This document shows, in pieces, positions 9,769 to 18,207 of a stretch of DNA of 32,000 nucleotides (positions within the stretch are counted from its first letter, which is position 1; each line of letters opens with the position of its first letter). Position numbers and translations under genes: made by a program. The notes under the pieces are model-generated. The model saw only the letters and a program-made list of their open reading frames with translations. It was not told the origin of the DNA and made no database searches. The DNA is from an uncultured Erysipelotrichaceae bacterium (lineage in GTDB: Bacteria > Bacillota_I > Bacilli_A > Erysipelotrichales > Erysipelotrichaceae), in contig OW818668.1 of NCBI GenBank assembly GCA_942493105.1, positions 510,001 through 542,000 of the forward strand. Reading direction: 5' to 3'.

Positions 9769-10451
9769 ACTTTTTCCTCTTTTTCGAATTTATAACCGAC
9801 ACCCCATACGGTCTTTAGAGACCATCCAGGATGATCATAAGCATCGACCTTAGATCTAAGTCTAGTCATGTGTGAATCGACGGTTCTGGAGTCTCCGTAA
9901 TAGCTATAGCCCCAGCATTGATCCAATAGATTTTCACGAGAGAAAGCACGGTTAGGATTGTTGGCTAAGGTATATAAGAGTTCGATTTCTTTCTTGGTGA
10001 GTAAGAGTTCATGGGAATCGATCAAGACTTTATAAGCATCCAGATCGATGTGTAAAGAATCAATCGTGAGTTGTTTTTTATCGGTGACTTTGCCTTCTAA
10101 GCGACGCATGATGGCTTTAACACGAGCCATGACTTCAGCTGGTGAGAAAGGTTTGACGATATAATCATCAGCCCCAATATCTAGACCCATGATCCGTTCA
10201 TAGTCTTCACCTTTAGCCGTAATCATGATGATGGGAATATTGTTGGTTTGACGGATTTGACGACAGACTTGAAAGCCATCCATCTTAGGCATCATCACAT
10301 CCAATAAGATCATATCAAAGTCTTCTTTTTCAACTTTATTTAACACATCAAAACCATCGAGTGCGATGGTGACGTTATAACCTTCTTTACGAGCATAGGT
10401 TGCGAGGATAGAAGTGATTTGTGGGTTATCGTCTGCGATGAGTAGGTTCAT
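9765..10451 (-). CDS. OmpR/PhoB-family response regulator
   Basis: The receiver domain shows LIADDNP...DMILLDVMMPKMDG...ITAKG. The C-terminal winged-helix shows LTKKEIELLYTLANNPNRAFSRENLL...VDSHMTRLRSK. An AAGGGAG RBS lies 4 nt upstream of the ATG. Confidence 0.9.
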   Translation of the reverse strand: MNLLIADDNPQITSILATYARKEGYNVTIALDGFDVLNKVEKEDFDMILLDVMMPKMDGFQVCRQIRQTNNIPIIMITAKGEDYERIMGLDIGADDYIVKPFSPAEVMARVKAIMRRLEGKVTDKKQLTIDSLHIDLDAYKVLIDSHELLLTKKEIELLYTLANNPNRAFSRENLLDQCWGYSYYGDSRTVDSHMTRLRSKVDAYDHPGWSLKTVWGVGYKFEKEEKV

Positions 10452-11231
10452 AGATCTCCCTTACAAGAACATTATAGGGGGAAGATGTGACGAAAGTGTA
10501 AAGAATGAATATATTAAGTAGGTAATCCTCTAGAAGTATTTGATAGTTTGTTTATCAATTCAATTATCATTAGCTTTTTTCTGAATTCTTTAGCGAATTT
10601 AATAAATTCATTAATTCAACAACTGATAAGGCATCACTCATAAGGAAATCTCCAAGGTTAGAGAAACTATAGAATGAATCCAATAACCGCATGAACCAGA
10701 ATATATTCTGCGATGAAGACTCGTTAATTTTCTTGCTGATATATTCATGTTATTAAACAACGACAAAAGTCTATTCTCGTTGAGAAAATCGCTATGATGT
10801 TGTTCAACACAGTCGAATAGTTTATTCCCCCCCAGGATTCATCTTCTAGAATATGAATTTGGTATTGCGAATATTGTCACTAGTTGTATCTATTTAGAGT
10901 TGTGATAAGCTAGCTTTATTGGCCTAATACTAATAAAAAACTGAATTGATATTTCTGTTTATAGATTTTCATTATACCGCTTAGAATATGGGAATATTCA
11001 AAATCGAAAATGTTAAACTCTACTGGGATACTCTAACCCCATAAATGACACAAAAACAAGCATTCGAATCTAGTTAACACTTTGCATTAATATTTAGTTT
11101 ACTAATAGTTTTGTTTGAACACATTCTGTAAAGCATGAGTTCCTAATATCTGTTTCAATTTTATGACATCAAGATTCAGTTCACGATATCGTGACTCGCA
11201 CACCTTTTCTCAACTTAAAAATAAAGGTTAA

Positions 11232-12152
11232 TTACTTATATTGTTCCAATGCAACCAATAATTCTTGTATTATCTCTTGTCGTAACGAAGCCGGTTCAAG
11301 GACTTCACAATTTTTCCCAAGAGAAAGTATGAAACCTTTTGTAATATATTCGCCTTCCATTTCAGTCTCGAGGATCAATGTTTTTGAATCTAGATAGGTA
11401 ATCCTTGGATTGTTCCCAACTATGATTTCATCTACAAACCCACTATCTCGGATTTTTAGTTTCACTTTATACAATGGCAATGAAGTACCCTTTGTTACGT
11501 GAAGCGATGTCTTTAAAAATTTCTCATTCATAATCTCAAGATTTACTATTCGATTGAGTTTGTAGTTTCTCTTTTGATCAGGATTATCATCCTTTACAGC
11601 ATTGAAATACCAAGCATTATTTCTTTTCGTTAACTCAAACGGTTGAACAGTATAACTTTCGCTTTCGTCTGAATTAGGCTTATGGTATATTATTTTAACT
11701 TTAAAGCAATATTCAATCGCGTAGAGGAGTTGATCATAATATGTTGCCAGTTGTTCCTTTGGCATCGCTAAGGGAAAACCATTTACAACAGAAGAAATTA
11801 TGTCTTCAGATGCTCCACTTCTTTTCGATATTTTCTCAAGTGTGCGAATACAATCTTGTTGATTAAATATTGAGGTATCCTTTTCCATCAGTGATTTAAT
11901 ATTAAGTAATGTCTGATAGTCTTTTTGTGTAAATGGTATTCGTTGAAAAATACTTTTATTAGCAATATAGTATCCTCCATATTTTCCTTCATATTCTTCG
12001 ATTATTGCGCTCTCGTCATTGATCGCATCCTTGAGTCTCTTAACAGTTTTTGAAGAGACTCCTAAATGGTTTGCCAGTTTTTCCTTTGGTATCGGATCTG
12101 CTGAGTTTAGTAAGTGGTTTATTAATAGGTTGTAGAGTTGATAGTCTGACAT
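11232..12152 (-). CDS. HTH-WYL-domain transcriptional regulator (BrxR/CapW-like architecture)
   Basis: The N-terminal HTH is KEKLANHLGVSSKTVKRLKDAI. The WYL core is YTVQPFELTKRNNAWYFNAVKDD...RNYKLNRIVNLEI, followed by a C-terminal extension. The track start at 12164 is a TTG. The ATG at 12152 follows GGAGG by 5 nt and is preferred. Confidence 0.8.
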   Translation of the reverse strand: MSDYQLYNLLINHLLNSADPIPKEKLANHLGVSSKTVKRLKDAINDESAIIEEYEGKYGGYYIANKSIFQRIPFTQKDYQTLLNIKSLMEKDTSIFNQQDCIRTLEKISKRSGASEDIISSVVNGFPLAMPKEQLATYYDQLLYAIEYCFKVKIIYHKPNSDESESYTVQPFELTKRNNAWYFNAVKDDNPDQKRNYKLNRIVNLEIMNEKFLKTSLHVTKGTSLPLYKVKLKIRDSGFVDEIIVGNNPRITYLDSKTLILETEMEGEYITKGFILSLGKNCEVLEPASLRQEIIQELLVALEQYK

Positions 12153-12163
12153 AGATTCCTCCA

Positions 12164-12188
12164 AACCATACCCGTTTTGGGTATGGTT
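12164..12188. promoter_or_regulatory. Perfect inverted repeat; candidate WYL-regulator operator in the divergent intergenic region
   Basis: AACCATACCC (12164-12173), spacer GTTTT, GGGTATGGTT (12179-12188). This 10-bp perfect inverted repeat lies in the 77-bp gap between the two divergent start codons. Confidence 0.6.
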
Positions 12189-12205
12189 AAAGTATACACT
12201 ATACT
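12177..12205 (+). promoter_or_regulatory. Candidate SigA-type promoter for the PLD-ATPase gene
   Basis: TTGGGT (12177-12182), an exact 17-nt spacer, then TATACT (12200-12205). AGGAG (12215-12219) and the ATG at 12230 follow. The -35 lies inside the right arm of the inverted repeat. Confidence 0.45.
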
Positions 12206-12229
12206 GTGAGAAATAGGAGTGGATTGTCG

Positions 12230-14221
12230 ATGGAAAATTGCAAACTGGACTTATTTAGTGATTTCGCAGAAGAAAAGAGAACTAATTCTCTCAGTGTTGT
12301 TAAGCTAGACTTTATTGAAAGCTTCAATTCCAATTGGATGGATCTGTTTATGGGTTATAAGTTTTTGCATGCCATTACATTTTCATCACAATTATCATTT
12401 ATTGAAAAAGTCATAAAGGAGTTCAATTATGTTGAAATAATTTTTGGAAATGAAACAGTAATTGGCGAAGATATTTCTGCTGTACTTGCTTATCAACACC
12501 AAGTGATTACTCAAATAAATAACGCTCGTCCAGATATTAGGAATGAAATTATCCAGAGAATAGAAGATGGATCACTTGTGTTATGGGTTGCCAAGAAACA
12601 GCTTTCTCATGAAAAAATCTATTTACTGTCCGGTGATAAAAAAGTTGTAATTACTGGCTCAGCTAATTTGTCTTACGCTGCCTTTACAGGTCGACAGAGG
12701 GAAACTATCAACGAAATTACTGGTGATCTTGCATACAAGTATTATTTTGAACAGTTTGAAATTCTTAAGTCGACTTCATCAAATAAAGTTGAACCAAGGC
12801 ATATACGAGAGTATAAGACAAACATTATTGAAAATCTTGACAAGTTACCTATATCTGATGAAATTAAGGAAAAAAATACTGTTGAAATAATTCAAGCTGA
12901 TCCACAAAATGAATCAATTTTCTCATATTCCGTTCTTAAGGATCAAGAGAATCTAAAGCGATACATACCGCTTGATAATGTGAAAGCTAAGCTTTCATTT
13001 CCAAGTCTTATAAACTGGCAGAATAAGTACAAAATGAATAATAGTTTTAAAGATGGAGTAAAAACCGAATATCTCCCTCAACTAGAAATTGATTTTAGTC
13101 AAAAAAAGGTATTCTTGTTAGGCAGAGAACTTGATCTCCATCCACCGCTCGATGAAGTAAAAAATGATCTTCAGCTCTTCAAAGAATTCATGAAGGGTTA
13201 TGATTCCTTTAATGGTACAAAAGAAGAGATAGAGTTAGCTAAGCAAAGATATTACGCCTTTGCAAATTGGTTCTTTATTTCACCGTTATTAAGTCATTTG
13301 CGTTTACTGGCTTACCGACATAATAAGAAGCCAGATTCATTCCCAGTATTTGGTTTGCTCTTCGGGAACAGTAAAGCAGGTAAAACATCTTTTCTATCAA
13401 CCCTACTTTATTTCATGATTAAAGGCGATCCAAAGAACCCGGCACGTGATTTTACAGCGAAGACGATCAATGATATTCGATACACTGCAAAGGGCACTCC
13501 TATCATCTATGACGATATGGTTGCGAGCCGATTTAATGCACATGCAGGTGAGGTTGTCAAAAATGACTCTTATGGGTTGAACGAAGGATTAAACAACTAC
13601 CCAGCAATTGTTATAAGTGCAAATGAAGATGTCAAAGTTGTTACACAGGATCTTGCACGTCGAATTGTTACCTATCGAGTCTCAATAGGACTAGATACAA
13701 CTGAGGCTATGAAGAACAACTCAATTCGACGTATACAGAAAAACATCACAACTGCTCTATACCGTCATTTCTTGGGTATAGTTTTTGATCGCCTAGATAA
13801 TTTTATATCGCCGATGTACGACGAACATAAAGATGAATCAATTGATGTCTTCAAGTTCTCATCTGAAATCCTTATGGAGATTTTCGAAACTCTTGGTAAA
13901 GATGATATCCCTTCTTACGTTCGTAATTTAGTTATTGATGATTATTTTGATGAAAAAATTACGAGTACTTATGCAATAAAGGCAATACAAACTGCTTGGA
14001 AGTACAATCGAGATCGATTTGTAGTAAATAAAAAGCGTAATCTTTTAAGATTTAGCCTTAGCGAACAACACGAACTTAATAGAATTAAGAAGGAACTTCC
14101 CGATTCACTACAAGCAAAAGTATCTCATGATACATTGATTATGGATTTGGCCAAAGCTGTAGAATTCTTCGAAATTGATTTTCATAATTCGAACATTTTT
14201 GACCGACTACTAAATAATTAG
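12230..14221 (+). CDS. Fusion of a single-HKD PLD-family nuclease (N-terminus) and a P-loop NTPase with SF3-helicase-like motif spacing (C-terminus)
   Basis: The only HKD motif is SHEKIYLLSGD...VITGSANLS (H codon at 12608-12610). Walker A is GNSKAGKT (13364-13387). The Walker B-like motif is PIIYDDM. The motif C-like element is PAIVISANED. The track start at 12206 is a GTG. The ATG at 12230 has an AGGAG RBS 10 nt upstream. Confidence 0.7.
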   Translation: MENCKLDLFSDFAEEKRTNSLSVVKLDFIESFNSNWMDLFMGYKFLHAITFSSQLSFIEKVIKEFNYVEIIFGNETVIGEDISAVLAYQHQVITQINNARPDIRNEIIQRIEDGSLVLWVAKKQLSHEKIYLLSGDKKVVITGSANLSYAAFTGRQRETINEITGDLAYKYYFEQFEILKSTSSNKVEPRHIREYKTNIIENLDKLPISDEIKEKNTVEIIQADPQNESIFSYSVLKDQENLKRYIPLDNVKAKLSFPSLINWQNKYKMNNSFKDGVKTEYLPQLEIDFSQKKVFLLGRELDLHPPLDEVKNDLQLFKEFMKGYDSFNGTKEEIELAKQRYYAFANWFFISPLLSHLRLLAYRHNKKPDSFPVFGLLFGNSKAGKTSFLSTLLYFMIKGDPKNPARDFTAKTINDIRYTAKGTPIIYDDMVASRFNAHAGEVVKNDSYGLNEGLNNYPAIVISANEDVKVVTQDLARRIVTYRVSIGLDTTEAMKNNSIRRIQKNITTALYRHFLGIVFDRLDNFISPMYDEHKDESIDVFKFSSEILMEIFETLGKDDIPSYVRNLVIDDYFDEKITSTYAIKAIQTAWKYNRDRFVVNKKRNLLRFSLSEQHELNRIKKELPDSLQAKVSHDTLIMDLAKAVEFFEIDFHNSNIFDRLLNN

Positions 14222-14394
14222 TCTCCCATTTCTATATATAACTTGAGTTATCACTAGATTGCTATAATATCTTATACTTTAATTGACTATTTGTGAGCTC
14301 TCTGAACACTATATAAAGTTATATATTAATTCATCCTTTGGAATATGGCTTAATCAACTTGCGTTGGAATCAATGAGCGCTTGATCGATCACAG

Positions 14395-14447
14395 AAAAAT
14401 CCCCACATAGATACCATGAGATTTATTTTCGTGTCTACTCTATGTGG
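14395..14447 (-). terminator. Possible terminator of the 1245-aa gene
   Basis: CCACATAGA (14403-14411) and TCTATGTGG (14439-14447) form a 9-bp stem. On the minus strand it is followed by GGATTTTTCTGT. The 27-nt loop is long for an intrinsic terminator, so confidence is low. Confidence 0.3.
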
Positions 14448-14469
14448 TTAAATTTATTCAGTATAGCTT

Positions 14470-17400
14470 TTAAGAAGTCTCAAATAGATTAAATTCCTCC
14501 TTATTTCGTTCTGAAAAATGCTCTCTTTCGTGCGAAATTCTTGCATGTAATTGACTTAATAAATTAATTGCATATTCGTGAATTTTTGAATTTCTACTTT
14601 CAACAATATATTGAACTAGTGGAATTCGAGATGTTAATACGTCAGGTAATGTTTGATCCCAACTTCTTGGATATATCCGATCAATTAAGTTTTTGATTAT
14701 TTCTAGATTCGAAGTATTTTCAGCCTTTGAAATATAGAGTAACCCAAGATTTGTCCACGAACATTTTCCTTTGTCAATATCGTTGAATGGCAAGACGTAC
14801 TTCAATAGCAATTCATAACTATTATTCGTTTGTACCCACTTGACTAGAATCTCATCATCGATAAATGAAAGTGGACCTTGATGAAATCCATAAAACCCAG
14901 TTAAGAAATCATTTAGAAAATGACCTGAGTTTTCTGTATCATACCGGATAAATATATCAAGAAATTCTATTGGATAGTTCCTTATTATTGGCTCAAAAAC
15001 TTGATTTAAGTCACTAAACGATATGTACTCAACTTTTAAACAACTGTATAGTTTTTCGAAAATTTTTCTGGCTTGAACTTCATATTTATTTGAACCAAAA
15101 GTAGCTTTCGAGACAATTGAAAATTCATAGTTGATATGAGTATTCTTTGAAAATCGACTATCAAAGCGGTATCTCGATATAGAATCAGCTGATAAATCCA
15201 TTAATCTATCGTCAAATTTCGCCTTACTAATCGAAACACTTATAATGCTTATTTGAAGTTCAATTCCTTCATTAGTGTTTGGTACAAATTGAAAGATATC
15301 TATCATCTCTTCGATAGTTAGATCAACTAAAGTGTAGGCCAAATTCTTGAACTGTTTTAAAGATGTAGAGTCACCAACAAGTCCAGTTTTAATGAGTTGA
15401 ATAATATCACAATCAATTCTCACTGAAGATAAAAGATCTGGAAACATTCTTTTGGTTTTATCACTTGATAAAACCATTTGCATCGCTTCCTTTACTGTTT
15501 TCTTATCATCGATTTTTCCGCTTATCATACCTTTTAGCAACATAGGAGTGTTAGTATAATCTGAATTCGAGATATACTCAAAGACAGTATTAAAAAGTAA
15601 ATCAAATGGAATATCTGAACAAACAAGTCCCCTTCCAAAATATATCATTCGATAATTGTCTGACTCAAGTAACATAGAAAGATGTCTCTGAAAAAGTGTG
15701 AAATCCTTCGCAAACTGTTGGCCAATAGAAAATGCTTTCTCATCTATGTGTCTCTCATTTATATCCAAATCATCTTCTGAAATATAAACTCTTCTAGAGT
15801 TTGAAATATATACATTAAATTCATCGATTAAGTTATTTGGTTTTGTTTGTTCAGCCAAGCATTTAAGTCTCAAACGAATTGACTCTGGAATGTCTTTACC
15901 ACCAAAATGAAGAGTCTCTAAAACACTAATCCAGATTTCTGGCCAAGTTTCAGTTGTAATAACATTATTGATAATATTCTCTAGATGTCCCAACATTCCC
16001 AATTCCGTTAGTCCGGTAAAGTTATTTGATATTGTTTGTTTAAAATCACCTCTCAAATAATTATTTTCAATTTTTGATTGACAATAATCAAGAACTTTCT
16101 GGTACCAAGTTAATTGATCACCATATGTTTTTGGTTGATATCCATAGTCACGTTTCATTGCACCGAAATCAAAATTGTATCCATAAAAACTCGATGTTTT
16201 TAACATTTCATTAACTAGATGTAAACCAAAATCTGTCCGATTTGAATCGTCAGAAACAACTATTTCCTCTACAGCCTTCAATCTTTGCTCAACTGTAGCA
16301 TATGTTCCTGATAAAAATAGATGAAATAGATTTTCTACTCTATCTCTAATAGAGTATGTGTTCTCATTCTTTCCCTCCGAACAAGCGAATCTGAGAAGCA
16401 TAGAGATAACATCACTAAATCCAACATCATCATATCCGAGGAAAATGAGAATGTTAACAAAAGTATTATAATTCTCATTTTTTCTAGAAAAGAATTCCGG
16501 ATTAGTAATCGTCCCGATTCTATCTTTAATGACATCTGGGATTACAAAGGTGAGATTATAAATGATTTCAATATAAGAAGAATCGATGTTTTCAAAATCA
16601 TCAAAATAACCACTTTTATTAATAATCTCTTTTGAAGTGTTTTTTGCCTCGGTTGATGAGTGAAGAAATTTAAGTCTTCTTGAAAACGACAAAAGAGTTC
16701 TCCTATTATGCAGAAATACTTTTACAACTTCATCAGACCTATTCGCTTTTAAACATTTAATGGCCAATGCGTTTGCGAGAGCATGTGGAAGAACTGCTCT
16801 CATATTTCGTCTTACTTGAATTAACTTCATATCAACTAACAAATTAACATTCTCATAAACGTCTCGTGGGGAAATTCCGGAGATATTCGATAATATTCCT
16901 AATTCATTCTCTATGTTAAATGAAAATAGAAGTGAACACGCTTCCGCGGTCCTGGATAAAGGAACATTCAAAATATTCTGATTCATGAATAATCTGTTGA
17001 GTATTTGACTGCTGTTTAGAACCCCAATTGTTTGACTCTCGTTAATATTTGATGCCAAATATTTGGCCATTCTAAAATTCCCCCCCGACATGGAAATGAG
17101 TGTTTCTAAATTCGCGGCATTAATGTTCCCGAAATTCGATTTTATAAACATCTCTATAGTGTGATCTGAAGAAACAGACATATAGTAATTTGTCGTATCA
17201 ACTAAATCATCTTCTTTTGCATCGAACTCTATAGTAAGTAATGAAACTAAACTATTTGGGCTCTTACAGAGGTCGGATAAAACTGTATGCATATTCTTCT
17301 CACAATTATCAACTACAAGAATAATACGTTTATTGAGTTTTAGTAAATATTGAATCATTGTGATTGGTTCAGGGGTTGGATTATTGCTCATATCACAGTA

Positions 17401-18207
17401 AATTAGTATGTTAGCATCTTGAAAATTATCACCTTCATTGTTTGAGAATAATGAAAAAGCAAATCTCGTTTTCCCAACCCCGGACAATCCAGCAAGCCTA
17501 ACTATAGTACTAGGTTTTGATAATAAAATTCGAATTTCACTCAATGCAGAAACAATATCTAACTTATCAGCATCATTATATGAGTCTCTATATAGGCAAG
17601 ACTTTTCATCAAAGACCCATTCCTTTTTGAAACTAGTATCAGAATTTGACCATTCAACAAATGATAGCCATCCTGTAACATTTAGTCCCGTCCGATTTTG
17701 AACCCAAATGCACAAAGAAGGATACTCATTTACCCAAGAAACAATTTTATTGCAATCATAAAATGCAAAGGAAATTTTGCTTTCAGGATCAATGTCTACT
17801 AGACTGCAGCCAATTGCATTTTCGCGCAATATTTGTTCACGATATGTTACATCTGATCTACTGCTTGCAATAATATATTCACCATTATTTTCACGTAAAT
17901 ACGTAAAAATTTCGCGAATTTTCCCATTAGGCTTTATTTCCTCTAAAATTTTCCTATAGGTCATGTTTGGAACCTTGACCTGGATAATAGTGTTTGGATT
18001 TGAAATATAATCTTCAAAATCAAAACTGTTAGTTGACTTAACCAATACATCGACACCACCATCTTTTGCATCCTGGTTTCCACCATAATATACAGATTTC
18101 GAATTTATACCATGTTTACTTAATGTTGCTTCGCATAGTAGACCGATTAAAATCCTCAGATCTTGATCTGATAAATTTTTTATTTCAGTTTTAGTAATTT
18201 CGAACAT
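14470..18207 (-). CDS. Large STAND-type NTPase with an N-terminal Mrr/PD-(D/E)xK-like nuclease domain and a roughly 800-aa helical C-terminal region (Avs/bacterial NLR-like)
   Basis: The N-terminus carries DAKDGGVDVLV...(22 aa)...IIQVKV, matching the Mrr_cat-style D-GG-h-D...Q-x-K pattern. Walker A is GLSGVGKT (aa 240-247, about 17467-17490). Walker B is RIILVVDNCE. The GxP-like element is SGGNFRMAKYLA. A long repeat-poor, helix-rich tail follows. A GAGGT RBS lies 8 nt upstream of the ATG at 18207. Confidence 0.7.
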   Translation of the reverse strand: MFEITKTEIKNLSDQDLRILIGLLCEATLSKHGINSKSVYYGGNQDAKDGGVDVLVKSTNSFDFEDYISNPNTIIQVKVPNMTYRKILEEIKPNGKIREIFTYLRENNGEYIIASSRSDVTYREQILRENAIGCSLVDIDPESKISFAFYDCNKIVSWVNEYPSLCIWVQNRTGLNVTGWLSFVEWSNSDTSFKKEWVFDEKSCLYRDSYNDADKLDIVSALSEIRILLSKPSTIVRLAGLSGVGKTRFAFSLFSNNEGDNFQDANILIYCDMSNNPTPEPITMIQYLLKLNKRIILVVDNCEKNMHTVLSDLCKSPNSLVSLLTIEFDAKEDDLVDTTNYYMSVSSDHTIEMFIKSNFGNINAANLETLISMSGGNFRMAKYLASNINESQTIGVLNSSQILNRLFMNQNILNVPLSRTAEACSLLFSFNIENELGILSNISGISPRDVYENVNLLVDMKLIQVRRNMRAVLPHALANALAIKCLKANRSDEVVKVFLHNRRTLLSFSRRLKFLHSSTEAKNTSKEIINKSGYFDDFENIDSSYIEIIYNLTFVIPDVIKDRIGTITNPEFFSRKNENYNTFVNILIFLGYDDVGFSDVISMLLRFACSEGKNENTYSIRDRVENLFHLFLSGTYATVEQRLKAVEEIVVSDDSNRTDFGLHLVNEMLKTSSFYGYNFDFGAMKRDYGYQPKTYGDQLTWYQKVLDYCQSKIENNYLRGDFKQTISNNFTGLTELGMLGHLENIINNVITTETWPEIWISVLETLHFGGKDIPESIRLRLKCLAEQTKPNNLIDEFNVYISNSRRVYISEDDLDINERHIDEKAFSIGQQFAKDFTLFQRHLSMLLESDNYRMIYFGRGLVCSDIPFDLLFNTVFEYISNSDYTNTPMLLKGMISGKIDDKKTVKEAMQMVLSSDKTKRMFPDLLSSVRIDCDIIQLIKTGLVGDSTSLKQFKNLAYTLVDLTIEEMIDIFQFVPNTNEGIELQISIISVSISKAKFDDRLMDLSADSISRYRFDSRFSKNTHINYEFSIVSKATFGSNKYEVQARKIFEKLYSCLKVEYISFSDLNQVFEPIIRNYPIEFLDIFIRYDTENSGHFLNDFLTGFYGFHQGPLSFIDDEILVKWVQTNNSYELLLKYVLPFNDIDKGKCSWTNLGLLYISKAENTSNLEIIKNLIDRIYPRSWDQTLPDVLTSRIPLVQYIVESRNSKIHEYAINLLSQLHARISHEREHFSERNKEEFNLFETS

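Noticed and set aside
10570-10641. 23-aa ORF with a GGAG RBS (MSDALSVVELMNLLNSLKNSEKS) as a real gene
   Set aside because: It is too short, and its similarity to the WYL regulator N-terminus is too weak to support a call. It is kept only as a hint of gene decay in the junction finding.
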